Shown: in pieces, positions 1 to 13,600 of the stretch
Layout of the letters: each line of letters opens with the position of its first letter
Numbering within the stretch: position 1 is the stretch's first letter
From: Podarcis cretensis
Taxonomy: Eukaryota
DNA length: 64,000 bases
Assembly (NCBI GenBank): GCA_951804945.1
Contig: OX638152.1
Coordinates: 72,602,001 to 72,666,000 of the forward strand
Reading direction: 5' to 3'
Made by a program: the position numbers and the translations under genes
Notes under the pieces: generated by a model
The model's database searches: none
What the model was told of the DNA's origin: nothing
The model's input: only the letters and a program-made list of their open reading frames with translations

Positions 1-98
1 ATCTTGAAATAAGCAGAATTCATCATGCAATATATAATGTAGCCTGGGAGCAGTGGACATTGATAGTCAGTGTAGGTTCTCTGTTCAAGCATACACTT

Positions 99-170
99 TT
101 CCTTCCTTCCTTCCTTCCTTCCTTCCTTCCTTCCTTCCTTCCCTCCCTCCCTCCCTCCCTCCCTCCCTCC
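99..170. repeat. (TTCC)n-(TCCC)n microsatellite
   Basis: Seen directly. Confidence 0.95.
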
Positions 171-878
171 TTTTTGGGGGGGCAGGGACAGGTTAACGTC
201 CAGTGTTCTTCTGCAATATTCAGTCATCTGAATTAAGGTATTAAGTAATACCTTTTTGTAGGCAACTTACACTTTTCCAGCACTTTTGCTATCTTTTGAA
301 ATGAAAGAAAGAGAAAATTCCCAGCCCACCTAGTGCATCAGTGCAATCATTAATGCTGTGTGGAATATGGTTGTGTTAGTGTTGTAAGCACCTACTGCAC
401 AGCATCTGTGCCGTAACTGATGACCATGGTTCCTCCATTTATGGCCTATATTATTTTGTGAATGTTGGAAATGTTTCCCTAGTTAGATTTTGTTTATAAT
501 TTTGGCTGCTCCCTTTCTGCAGCATTGAAGCTTAAGCATGCTCACATAACACTTAAAAGAAGAAGCAGCAGCAAATATCTAAATAACTGCACCACTTCAT
601 GACTTCTTTCCTCATAATTAGTTCTTTGAATAGTGTATACACTCATCTTTCTTCTTTGTTATAATATCTTTGGACATAATGTAATTTTGTCCCTTGTGGC
701 CAAATCTGTGTTTAATCAAATGCTGGGGGGAAATATTGAAAACAGACTTTTCAGGATGTTGTTCAAAATTGATGTGAATGCATGGGACGGGGCTCTGTTT
801 ACAAGAAAACACTGCAAAAACATGGCTTTTTCACTTCAGTCTTCTGCCTGATGACGTATTCTTTCTTTGTCACTACAG

Positions 879-1775
879 AATAATTGACGGAAGGAATCTA
901 TTGCCTTTGCTACAACAAGAAGTCAAGCATTCAGAACATGAATTCATGTTTCATTACTGTGGATCATACTTACATGCAGTACGGTGGCATCAGAAAGACA
1001 GTGAGTACAACAAATTTCCCTGAGTGTGAAAACAAACCTCCTGTTATTTAAACTAATAAGATGAAGGTGTACTTAAATTTACTACTTTTTTGCGGGGGTG
1101 GGGGGAGAACATGCCTGGTAATCATTGCCATAGAAAGCAGTGTTCCTAAGACTTCTGGGCATAAAGTTCATTGTCAATGGAACTTGACAAAATCAGGTCA
1201 AGTGGCCAGAAGGAAAGTGAGAGGAATAGATTACACCTAATACACTGGGCTATCGGAGAGTTGTTCTTGTGCATTTCCTTCTGTTGGCAAGTAAATTTAT
1301 TTGAATTTTCAGATTTCAGCCAGATCTCCAGGGAACATAATTACCTTCATGATTATTGTTTCAGGGTATTTTTGTTTGTGCTTTCTTTTTCCTCCCAGGT
1401 GGTGCATTATGGAAGGCTCATTACATAACGCCGATCTTTCACCCCGAAGGCGCAGGAGCCTGTTATGGAAAAGGGATTTGCCCTTGTTCTGGAGGAGGTG
1501 TAAAACATCACGATCCTCCTCTGCTGTTTGATCTCTTGAGAGACCCATCAGAGGCCGTGCCTCTTTTACCGGACACAGAGCCCTTGTTCCACACAGTCTT
1601 AAAGCACATAGGCAGAGCTGTGGAGGAGCATCGCAGGACCCTCACACCTGTCCCACAGCAGCTCTCTCTTGGAAACATTATGTGGAAACCATGGCTGCAG
1701 CCATGCTGTGGGACCTTCCCATTCTGTTGGTGTGACAATGAAGAAAGTGATACCCATTCATATAAAGTCGGCTGA
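879..1775 (+). CDS. STS-family arylsulfatase (ARSD/ARSL/ARSH-like), 3' part: last two coding exons 879-1000 and 1399-1775; the rest lies upstream of the window
   Basis: Exon 879-1000 (122 nt, cag| ... |gtgagt) encodes [12 protein letters not shown]...HEFMFHYCG...HAVRW. Exon 1399-1775 encodes WKAHYITP...HDPPLLFDL...[18 protein letters not shown]...stop. Phases match. The paralog identity cannot be fixed from two exons. Confidence 0.93.
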
Positions 1776-1920
1776 CCAAAGAATCCTTTTATGGCAGAGA
1801 ACATCATCCAAGAGGTTTCCTGTGTGATTTTAGCTGCTTCCTGTCAGTTAAGGTTGCTTTCTCTTGTTTCTCAAGGAGTCCCCAGGCTTGAAGGAGGATG
1901 CAGCCACATCATTTCCTGCC

Positions 1921-2395
1921 TGTCAGGCTTGGGGAATCAGGTCCCTCTCCTGGTGGCAGTAAAGAAGCTGATTAAAAAAAGAGTTCTTACCAATTAGTTT
2001 ATTCAATAATCACAGCGAGAGACAAAGGAATGTATCTCTCTCTCTCTAGAAATGGCTCCAAATAAAGTCCCGCCCTCCTTCGTCTCTGTTATGCTCTGTT
2101 ATGCATCATCCCTGCAGCGGTTGGACTGACCTTTCTGTCTCTGAGCTTTCTGTTCAGCTATTCACACTGCCTGCCTAGTCCTGGGGGAGGGGGGCTCAGG
2201 AATGCTCACACACTGTGTCTTGTCAGCTGTTTCTACTTCCTCTTCCAATATTTCCCAGCTTTTCCCCCTCTACATTCTCTGAACTATGACCTTCTGCAAA
2301 CCACTGTTGTAATTCTATGTTGTCCTCCTGTTCTTGGGAAGGTTGTGTAGAAGGGGAGTGGCCCCCGCCATTCCTCTTCAGGCCAGCCCCTGACA
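1921..2395 (-). mobile_element. Solo LTR (475 bp)
   Basis: TGTCAGG...CCTGACA termini and 5-bp TSD ctgcc on both sides. Orientation is inferred only. Confidence 0.8.
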
Positions 2396-2409
2396 CTGCC
2401 CTTCACATC

Positions 2410-2525
2410 CCCACCGCTCCGGCGGGAAGGTAAACGGTGTTTCCGTGCGCTGCTCTGGTTCACCAGAAGTGGCTTAGTCATGCTGGCCACATGACTTGGA
2501 AACTGTAATCTGGCTCCCTCGGCCT
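2410..2525 (+). mobile_element. Sauria SINE fragment
   Basis: Reverse complement of the body of the copies at 3688, 11138 and 13275. Confidence 0.8.
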
Positions 2526-3687
2526 AGGCTGCAATCCTATACATATTTACATGGCAGCACACTCCCTTGAACAGAATGTGACTGGCTTGTGAGCAGAGAT
2601 ACTCATGATTATGCTGGAAGTAAGGCTTTTGGAGATCAGTGTCCATTTTTGCAGTACTAATATTGACTGATATTTTGCTTTTGGGGTATTTGATCATGAA
2701 TTAAATTGAATAAAATATATGTTTCAGTTAATATCACTGATTTTAGGACTGTATAATGAGATTTAGCACTGGTTAGAACATTTGGATAGCACTTTGAAAA
2801 CATGGAGAGAACACATAGTTGCATTTTAGAGGTTTGGAGAAAAAAATGAGAAAGCATGTCTCCAAAATATGGCTGTTGCAAAAGAATGAAAAATCTTGTT
2901 TCTGATTGGAGTGTGACATAGATGACATTTCCTGTATGCTTCTACCAACCTCTATAGGCCTGCCAACTTTCACTTCTGTTCCTTTACTTCTGTGACTTAT
3001 ATATCCTTTAGCAAATTACTTGGCAAAGGAAAAAGCAATACTCTGGTTTTAGAAGCCAGAGTTGTTGGCTGTATTTATTGAGATTGATAGCCAACCTCAT
3101 TCATTCAGGCTCAAGCCACAAAGCATTTCCTTGTCATATTTATGTTCCTAACAACTCTCTGTGTAAACTATTCATAGCTTCTGTATTCCCTTTGACTATG
3201 GGAGGCTGTTAGAGGCAGTATAGTGGCTGGCAGGGGGGCATATTTCTAATTGTAAAGGAGAAGATACAAATGGATTTTTCCACAGATGGTGCACTCATCC
3301 ATTCACAAGTGGAACTTGACACAATGGCCTATGTTCATCCAACCCATTTCTGCTTGTGCAATACGACAGTTCCTCCTGCTTCTTCCTCTGCCCATGCCCT
3401 GCACCTTCCCCAAACCTGCTCCAGAGAGTTTGGAGAATCCCTAAAACAGATTTAGTGAGTGCATGGGATGAGAAGATTCTGTTGCACAAGATTCCTTCTC
3501 CTAGGATACACCCATTTTATTCTCCATCCCACCTCATTCCACCATAATATTTGTTTGTCCTTCCACAAATTTTGGGGCTCTGGGTTTATTCACACTTCCT
3601 CTTTTCCTCAGCCTCACTCACCTCACAGAGTGTTTGTTGTGGGGGAGGAAGGGCAAGGAGATTGTTAGCTGCTTTGAGACTCCTTAA

Positions 3688-4010
3688 AAAGGTAAAGGGA
3701 CCCCTTACCGTTAGGTCCAGTTGCAGACGACTCTGGGGTTGGGGCGCTCATCTCGCTTTACTGGCCGAGGGAGCTGGCGTACAGCTTCCGGGTCGTGTGG
3801 CCAGCATGACTAAGCCACTTCTGGCGAACCAGAGCAGCACATGGTAACACTGTTTATCTTCCTGCCAGAGCAGTACCTATTTATCAACTTGCACTTTGAT
3901 GTGCTTTCAAACTGCTAAGTGGGCAGGAGCAGGGACCGAGCAATGGGAACTCACCCCATTGCGGGGATTCAAACCGCCAACCTTCTGATCAGCAAGCCCT
4001 AGGCTCTGTG
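3688..4010 (-). mobile_element. Sauria SINE
   Basis: GGTAAAGGGACCCC tail and tRNA-like B-box (GGTTYGAATCC) on the - strand. Confidence 0.88.
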
Positions 4011-4121
4011 TTTATACTGGCCCACAAAAGCCCATGACCCACACACACACAAAAGAAAATCTTTTGTAGGTTGCCATAGGCATCCCTGTTTTTCCTTTAG
4101 TGATTGTACATTTCTTAGAAT

Positions 4122-4259
4122 CGGTGCTTTTTTTCCTAGGGGTACTCAAGGATATGTAGTACTGGCACACACACCCCCCCCAAAAAAAATGGCACTTACT
4201 GCAACAACTTCATGCTGTGTACCAGCACCATTTTTTCCTTAAAAAAAAAAAGAGCACTG
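4122..4259. mobile_element. hAT-type MITE
   Basis: TIR CRGTGCT, 8-bp TSD cttagaat/ctttgaat; related to 45009-45123. Confidence 0.7.
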
Positions 4260-4665
4260 CTTTGAATGTAATGTGAGCTGAGAAAATATATATATATTTT
4301 TCAGCTGTCTGGAAATTTGGTATTGTGAGCAAAAAGAAGAGAGGAAACAAAATATAATAAAATCCTACTTGCTTCAGGAACAAAACTTCCTGTTGGCACG
4401 GTGAAGGTTTTTCTCTGAGTGATTGGGTGCAACAGAAGCTGCTATAAAGGCCACTAGAGCAGTTGAAAAGCATAACAGTGATTGCTTTCCAAGAGTGGAC
4501 TTTGTCTGTAGCTGCTCAAGGGTTCGTGTCAATTTGTAATAGCCATCTTGTTTCACAATCCACCGATTTACTTGGCAAGCTATTAAGTAAGCAGATGGTT
4601 GGGAAAACAGCCTTGCGAGCTGTCAAAAATCGCTATATCACCTCCAAACGCCTAGAGGACTGGGG

Positions 4666-4697
4666 ATGGATCACAAATTGAAGATTAGGCTCTCCAG
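4666..4697 (+). CDS. ARSD: ARSD-like exon 1 ([11 protein letters not shown])
   Basis: gggATGG Kozak context and strong donor ag|gtaagt. Phase 2 fits exon 2, which has no in-frame upstream ATG (TGA at 6792). Confidence 0.7.
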
Positions 4698-7600
4698 GTA
4701 AGTGGAAAGCATTCCTTTTTGAAAAAGGAATCGTTCTCTTTCTATATTTTAAATAGCAACTAATGCTGATCCTTGCCAATTAGTTTTTCCAGTGCTTTCT
4801 GGTATTTGCAGCAATGGCTAGACAGCATATTTCTCATTGTGACCCTGCACTCTGTGCAGGCAAACCCAGACAGAATTAAAATAATCTCTCTGTTTCCTGA
4901 TGTCCGGTTGATTGGTGGTGAATGTGGAAGTAACTACAGTATGCAGGGGATTTTTCTGACCAAGACTGAGCTATATTTTTGAAACAGTAAGGGAATGTAG
5001 CAAGTAGTTAACTTCTAAGATTTCTTCAGTACTGTGTCCCATTGAAGCCCTATGTGGCGATCACACAGGGTCCCCGGATATTTGACAGTGTATTGATCCC
5101 TGTGCCACCACTATGATCACTTCCCCGCTGCCACCAACCCATTTCTCTCGGGTACACACTGAGTCCACACAGTTGTTAACATTAAAACAAATAATCAAGT
5201 TTATTTTATAAGCATGAACAAGTTTATGGTTTCAGATAATTTTTCTTGTCAGTTTCTTATCCTTAGTTTCTATACTGGCCTATAGCTTCCTAATAACTGC
5301 TAACTGATTATCCCAACTGTCTATCTGACTCCTCCTATCAGTTTCTTTCACTCTCTCACATCAAAACTCAACCAACCCACAGACTTATCCTCCCTCTTCC
5401 TTCTCCAACTCCCAACTGACTTCCACACAACTCCAGCTCTAACTCTGACTCCTCCCCTGGGGTTCCCCACTGGCCAATCACTTCACACTCATTTAACCCT
5501 TTCCTTATCACCCACCTAGGAAGGCAAAGGCCACACCCTATTCAAGTAAGTTTTGTTGCGTCTGAGGGGGATGGGATTGTATGCACTTGAATACATAAAT
5601 AACTGTGCAACGGCTCTAAAAACGCCTCTCTTTAAACATGCAAATCAGTAAATAACACAGTGAAAATGCTACTTGTGTTGAGTACTTTTTAAATGTGTCA
5701 GTGTTACTCCCCAGAGCACTGGTATACTTAATTCATTGTGGTTTTGGAGTTTGTGGTTGTAACTTTTTTTTTGTTAAAGTCCATTGTGCTGTACATGCCA
5801 GATTTATTCTATAGATGTCTGTCATTTGATTTGTAGAAGAAATTTATGGTGGTGGGAAATTGACACATCACAGAAATTGGGGGTAGCTAAAATGGGGACA
5901 AACATGTGCATACACAATGTACTATAAAGTGTGTTTCTTAGTGAAGTTGTTATGCATTTATTTATTGGTTGAGGTGGGGGAACAATCACATTGGGGTGGT
6001 AAGTGGGGAATGGTATGCCTTGTATACCTGAGCAAAACAGACCCCTCGGCACCATAAAGGGGCCTGAATATGGTGGGTCATGTCTATTCCTTATTCCTAT
6101 TGTTTGGGTAGTGGATGGGGTATGGAAATAACTATAAGGAAAGTTAGTAGCTATAACTAAAAACACGGGGGAATTTTAAATATGATCACCTACTACAAGG
6201 TCTGCAGATGCCTTACCTCATGATAAAGACTAAAAACCTATTCCATAGTATCAGGGGTAAAGGGCATGACTTTAACTCTAAAACAAACTTTACATTATCA
6301 TCATCACACACCCCATCATGCCACAAGTTGGAAGAACTCAAAACATGTTCCTTCAGGTCAGGGACATTCAGGTCATGTTCAAGAAACCCTAAAGCAAGAT
6401 TTTCTCTGTCTCTCTCCCTCTCTCTCTCCCTCTTCCTCTCCCTCTCTCTCATATCAACACTTTTTTATTTCAGTCAATGACCAGTACAGAAGATAAGAAG
6501 ACAGCAAACCACAATAAAATAAATTACGTATACTATTACATGTGAAGTTTAAAACAATGTAAGATATTAAAAAGCAAGGGGAAATATAAAATAATTATAT
6601 TAAAATGTTTTTTTTAAAAAAAACACACAGGGTAAGGTGTTAATAATTCTAAAATTAAGACAAGATCCTGTGCCGACAAGCTATTGCTGCCACACAAAAA
6701 CTAGCTACCTTGGCGGTGATCTCGGGAAACTGGTGAGGCAAAAGATAATTGATATAAAACACTTCAGATCTTCCTGGTATACTTTGTAAAATGATGTTTT
6801 GGTGGTTGTTTATGTAGATGCAGTCTAGCGATTTTGCTAGTTTCCTCCTTATTTCCCCAAATGTGTGATGCGGCCGTGTCAAGACCCAACATTTTGTTGA
6901 TAATGGCGGATGACCTTGGCTATGGTGATTTGGGATGCTTTGGTAACGACACACTCAAGTAAGTGTCATTTTGTGACTTGAGATCATGCACTCAGCTCCA
7001 CCCACAAAGTTGCACCACTCGTCCTGTTCCTCCCCAGGCTCACCTTTTGCTCTTGGGGGCAGCTCCTATTCACCCCAATGGCTCCTTGTTCAATTAACCA
7101 CCACAATGTAAATCACAGTTTTGTACAGTGTCACTGCGTTACTAGAGCCTGATGACTTGGGTCATGAAATTTAGCCATATTGCTTCTATGGTTTCATCTC
7201 TACAGCCTAGAGAATTTTTTAGTAAGTGTTTGATACAGTTTCTAAATAAACCCTTTGTTGCTTCTGCAGCCCTCAAGATGGAGCTGTGACCCAAGAAAGG
7301 CTTCACGAAAAGGTTTCTGCAAATGACAGGGGACCATGCAGTATTCCCAAACTAAAGTATTTCTTTGTTCTACATATTAGGACTCCTAATATTGACCAGC
7401 TAGCAAGGGAAGGAGTGACGCTTACTCAGCAGATTGCTGCAGCTTCGCTTTGTACCCCAAGCAGAGCAGCTTTTCTGACTGGCAGATACCCCATCAGATC
7501 AGGTTTGGCGCTCTCTTTAAATGGTTGGCTGGTGTTTGGGTGCACAGAGGATTACCCTAAGCGATAACCAGCCCTGATGCAGATCGGGGGGAGGGGGAAG

Positions 7601-10600
7601 CATATGCACACACATACACAGACCTCTTTCGGGGCTCTGCAGTTGTGTGTGCATTTTTTGCATAGCTGGACCTAGCATGACAAGATCCTGTCAGTCACAC
7701 CGCCTGGCCAGCTGTCATGCAGCACAGGACTCCAGGAGTCTTTTCACACAGGCACAAGTCTCTACCCAGTGGTAGCACAACTGTGTTGCATGCAGAAGTT
7801 TCCAGGTTCAATCCCCATCATCTCCTGGTTGGGCTGGGAGGGAACCCTGCCTGACCTGAAGGGTTAATTAACCGCAGCCCAGCCAAGTCAGTGTGATAGC
7901 AGCTGCCACTTATACTAAGGCTCTTGCCCCCAATTCCTTTTACATGTTAGGTATGGTGTCTAGACATGAGCCCCGTGTCTTAGCGCGTACTGGTGCTTCT
8001 GGAGGACTCCCCACGAATGAAACAACATTTGCTAAGTTATTACAGCAACAGGGCTACACCACAGGCCTTATAGGTACAGTATCCCATTGACATATTCCTT
8101 CCATTTTTCACTGACACATCTGAGCTTCAGTTTGATCAAAAATTTCATGGTTGTCACTGCCTTCTTGGGATCTCCAGCTGACGAAGTTAAATTAGAGGGC
8201 AAGCCAAAAAAAAATTATTGGGACAGAACTACCTAAATCGTATAGAAATTTATTTATGTACAGTGGTACCTCTGGTCACGTACTTAATTCGTTCCGGAGG
8301 TCCGTTCTTAACCTGAAACTGTTCTTAACCTGAAGCACCACTTTAGCTAATGGGGCCTGCCACTATTGCTGCGCTGCCGCCACGCGATTTCTGTTCTCAT
8401 CCTGAGGCAAAGTTCTTAACCCGAGGTACTATCTCTGGGTTATTGGAGTCTGTAACCTGAAGCGTATGTAACCTGAAGCGTATGTAACCCGAGGTACCAC
8501 TGTATGCTACTACAGCAGCAACAATGCCCCAAAGTGGAAAGAAGCAGAAGTCCCACTAAAGGAAGAATGGATACAAAAACTTACGGAATATGCAGCAACG
8601 GCGAAACTTACTGGAAGAATAAGAAATCAAGATAACAAACTGTTTATAAAAGAATGGAAACGTTTTATTGAATATTAAAGATAAATTGTAAACAGATAAA
8701 AACATTAGCAGGATTGTTGTAATAACCTGAAGTTTTATAAGAGTATATATTTACAGTAGATAATTAAATGGGGAAGTTAAATGAATTTGGATATGCAGAA
8801 GATATTGAAAAATAAATTTAAGGAACCGCAGAAAGAGGGGAAAGTCAAATTTTGAAATGTCAAATTGATTGTAAAATTAATGAAATGTATAAACTTGAAA
8901 AGTATAAATAAAAACTTTAAAAAAATATTAATAAAATAAATTAGAGGGTGAGCAGGCAGAATCAAGGGGGCAAGCTATTTTGAACGGAGGACAGGGTTTG
9001 CTTATATTTTTCCAATATAAATATTATGTGTATTAAGTTGCTTATTGGTAATTTACAGGATTCATGGTTTCTTTAGCTATCATTGTTTATCTTTTCAGGA
9101 AAATGGCACCAAGGCATGAACTGTGAATCCCACAATGACCACTGCCACCACCCTTTAAACCATGGCTTTGATTACTTCTATGGAACCCCTTTTACACTTG
9201 TGAATGAATGCCAGGTTAATAAGGATCCTGAGATGAATGTCCAGCTGCAAGCTATGTATTGGTTTTACACCCAGATGGCAGCTCTTTTGGTGTTCACTCT
9301 TGTGCTGGGACAAACTACTGGTTTGTTCTATGTGAAATGGAAAATAATTGCCTTCACTGCTTCATGTGGTATCCTATTTTTCATCTCCTGGTTTGCCAAT
9401 TATGGATTTGTAAGATACTGGAACTGCATCATGTTGAGAGATCACATCATTACTCAGCAGCCAATAAAGCTGGAAAATGCTGCCTCCAGGATATTGAAAG
9501 AGTCAACCTCATTTATTAAACGGTAACCCATTAAAATTATTTAACTGCTTTTCAGATTTTGAGAGGAGTGGACTGATTTTGAAACCTTTGTCGTCCGTGC
9601 TTAGGATAGAGCTAAGATTACCTTTACTAGTGTGTCAAATCACTGCATTGCTCAGTGGCATGTTTTTCAGATGATTTTGCATTGATACAAACTTATAGGA
9701 CAGAGCTTTCCAAACTTTTTATGCTTCATTTTGCGACACAGTAATTCAGTTTTGCATCATTCCGCGACACAGTAATTCAGTTTTACTAGCAAACGGGAGG
9801 TTAAACTGACCCCTTTCCAGCCCTGGGAGGACCATGGGGAGTGTTCGCACGACACACCTGCACACTGCAGCCGACACACTAACACGTGTAGGCAAACTAA
9901 GGCCTGGGGGCCAGATCCAGCCCAATCACCTTCTAAATCTGGCCCATGGATGGTTGGGGATCGGCATGTTTTTACATGAGTAGAATGTGTGCTTTTATTT
10001 ATAATGCATCTCTGGGTTATTTGTGGGACATAGGAATTCATTCATTTTTTCCCCTTCAAAATATAGTCCAGCCCCCCACAAGGTCTGAGGGACAGTGGAC
10101 CGGCCCCCTGCTGAAAAAGTTTGCTGACCCCTGTACTAACGTATCGTGACACACAGTTTGCAAAGCTCTGATTTAGGATCTGGGTACCTTGCTGAAGTAT
10201 TGGTGCATCTCAGCCAAGGTGTCCACATGTTCAACTGTGTGCATGTGGTAAAAGAAACTATGTGTGTGAAATGTGAATTTTCCTTTGCGCTTTGATTGGG
10301 CTCAGATATTCATTAAATTAAGTGTATAAGAGAGAAGTGTGCAACTTGTAAACATGATGGGTTGGATTCCCCTAAGAAACTTCATCAACCGAAATCCTCT
10401 GCAAGGATTTCTCTCTGCTGGTGCAACAGGATTCCCTTCTCCTAGATGTCCCCCAAAATTGGCTCAAGAGTCTGGAGAACTCAGAACAGTGCATGGGGAG
10501 GAGAGGGGGGATTGTTCCATCTGGCAAGCTGAAATGCTTGCACAGACAGAACAATTTAAAAAGTGTGATTTGAATTCTACCCAAAGTTCTTCACTAATTT

Positions 10601-13600
10601 GGGCTGAACCACTGGCAGCAAGCATAAGGGTAATAATACCCATAAAGTCCTGTTGAGTGTTCAGAGTGTTGAGTGTACATTATTCTTGTTGTGACTCTTT
10701 CACAACAACTATGTATGAAGTAGTTGAATATCATCATCATCATCAACATCATCATCATCATCATCTATTTTGACCTTCAATGTAAATAAAATAAACAATC
10801 TGGTATTGTGGAAGGATTGTCAATGTGCCCTTAAGATGTTGTTGGACTATAGCTCCCATTGTTATACGTGTAGTACTTCATAAAGGGGCCCTAAAAGATG
10901 CTTATGAAAGGTGGGAAGTTTGGTAGGAGCCAGACTGAGCACTTTGTTACAGAAAATGTCTTTAAACTGTTTCTTCCCACCACATCAGAAGTTTCTCTGG
11001 ACACTTAAGAGAAGCATCCATGTATGATAAAATTGTAAAGAAAACTACGGTAATAATAAGTTGTAGGTTGACTAATATGGTGCAGCACAAATATAGCATC
11101 ACAGGTGCATTTAAACCAATATCTTATTACATACATAAAAAGGTAAAAGGACCCCTGACCATTAGGTCCAGTCGTGTCCAACTCTGGGGTTGCGATGCCT
11201 ATCTCACTTTATTGGCTGAGGGAGCCAGTGTACAGCTGGTCATGTGGCCAGCATGACTAAGCCACTTCTGGCAAACCAGAGCAGCACATGGAAACACCGT
11301 TTACCTTCCCACCGGAGCGGTACCTATTTATCTACTTGCACTTTGACATGCTTTTGAACGGCTAGGTTGGCAGGAGCTGGGACCAAGCAACGGGAGCTCA
11401 CCCTGTTGCGGGGATTCGAACCGCCGACCTTCTGATCGGCAAGCCCAAGAGGCTCTGTGGTTTAACCCACAGCGCCACCCGCATACATACTCCTAGTCTA
11501 AAGAAAGAAAACAATATAATCCACAAGGGGAAAAGCAGTGGAGCTGCAACACTCTTAGAAAATAGAGATCAATTACAAAATTCTTACCTATTGGGTATCT
11601 GAAAAGGCTCTTACAGCTTCATTGATGTTCACATGTGCTGAAGTGCAAATGTGTATGCCTGAATATGTGTGTAAATGTAAGCATGTGGTACAGCCAACAC
11701 AACAAATTTAGGATCAGCAATTCCCATGCTTTAAGTATGAAGCTCATAAGCTTTGCCAAATGCAGTTGCTCAGAGTTTTAGGGTAGCAGTCAAGAGGAAA
11801 CTCAGCAGTGGAAGGTCCTTAGCTCACAGCATTTCAGTCTGGCGGGCACTGCTTATCATAACAATGACCATGAAGCATGGTAACAGTGGTGATAATACTG
11901 ACTGGCTGAATGGGCTAAAACCTACTCCTTTTGTAACATTTCAATCTCATTAGTGTGTATGGAAAGATCTCTGTGTCTGTATCTGTTCAGATCTTTGCTC
12001 AGCTATGAATTCCACATAGCTAATGGATGCTTTTGTTTTTGTTTTAAAACAACATTTTTAAACATTTTTCCCCCAGAAACAAGCAAGGACCGTTCCTCCT
12101 CTTTGTTTCTTTGTTACACGTCCACACACCCTGTTTCACCACAAAGACGTTTCATGGAAAAAGCAGGCATGGTTTATATGGAGACAATGTAGAGGAAATG
12201 GACTGGATGGTGGGTGAGTAGCACTTGTGGTTATTGATATTTTTCTAAGGACCAAAATAGTAGCCTTCCTTGGACCTTTTCTTCTTTTTCCTGAATTTGT
12301 AACTTCCTTGTTGTCTTTCAACTGATTGTAGCGTTTTTGTAACTTCCTTGTTGTCTTTCAACTGATTGTAGCGTTTTTGTAACTTCCTTGTTGTCTTTCA
12401 ACTGACTGTAGCATTCAGCTTAGCACTGGAGAACAGAGATTCATAAATCTGATAACTCCCCTTCCCTGTCATCAGTTCCTTGAAACACTTCCTGAAACTG
12501 TGGCAATGTCATTTCAACATCTGGAAATGACAGATAATCCTCTCTATATTGATTTTACAAGCTTATTTATTTATATTTTATTGAAACAACTTATATGCTG
12601 CTTAACTACAATAGTATCTAAAAGCAGTTTACAAAGATACAATGCAAAAAATAAAAACCAGTTAAAACTATGAAATCAAACCACCAGTTAAAATACTACC
12701 TGGAATTATTATTATTTTTAAATCTTCATTAGATGCTGGAAGTGCAACAGGGAGGAGGCCTGCCTGACCTCAGATGGAAGGGGGCACCATAAAACTGGGC
12801 CCACAATATTAAGCTCATATCTTCTGAGGGATATGAGCCTTGAATCCCAAAAGACATCTGTGATCGGGCAGGGATATACTGTAAAGGATTCTGTAGTCCT
12901 TGAGGTATCCTGGACCCAAGTATTTGGCTTAAAATTAACTCTTGTGGTTCATCCAACTCTGCAGGGGAAATTCTTGCTGCTGTTGACAAAGAGGGCTTGA
13001 GGAACAACACTTTTACTTACTTTACTTCTGACCATGGCGGCTTTTTGGAGGCTAGAGAGGGTATTACCCAGCTAGGTGGCTGGAACGGTATATACAAAGG
13101 TAAGGCAGCTTTCCTTCAATTCTCCATGCCCTTGTATAGATTACTGTACTTCAATGTGCCTGTGTGTCTGGAAACTTCCATGTGTACAGAACAAAGCTTT
13201 GAGAGGGCAAACTGGGCTTCTGAATTACAAACATATAATGCTGCTACAAAGGCATGTTGACTGGCTCCCAAAGTAAGGTAAAGGGACCCCTGACCATTAG
13301 GTCCAGTCGTGACTGACTCTAGGGTTGCAGCGCTCATCTCGCTTTATTGGCTGAGGGAGCCGGCATACAGCTTCCGGGTCATGTGGCCAGCATGACTAAG
13401 CCGCTTATGGCGAACCAGAGCAGCACATGGAAACGCCATTTACCTTCCCGCCGGAGCAGTACCTATTTATCTACTTGCACTTTGACGTGCTTTTGAATTG
13501 CTAGGTTGGCAGGAGCAGGAACAAAGCAACGGGAGCTCACCCTGTGCGGGATTCGAACCGCCGATCTTTTGATCAGCAAGCCCAAGAGGCTCTGTGGTTT

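Noticed and set aside
3950-3990. tRNA-like B-box sequences, also at about 11410, 13550, 38690 and 51190
   Set aside because: Heads of Sauria SINEs; no cloverleaf, so not tRNA genes.
12296-12412. Regular repeats superficially like a CRISPR array
   Set aside because: Head-to-tail units without spacers, in vertebrate intron DNA.
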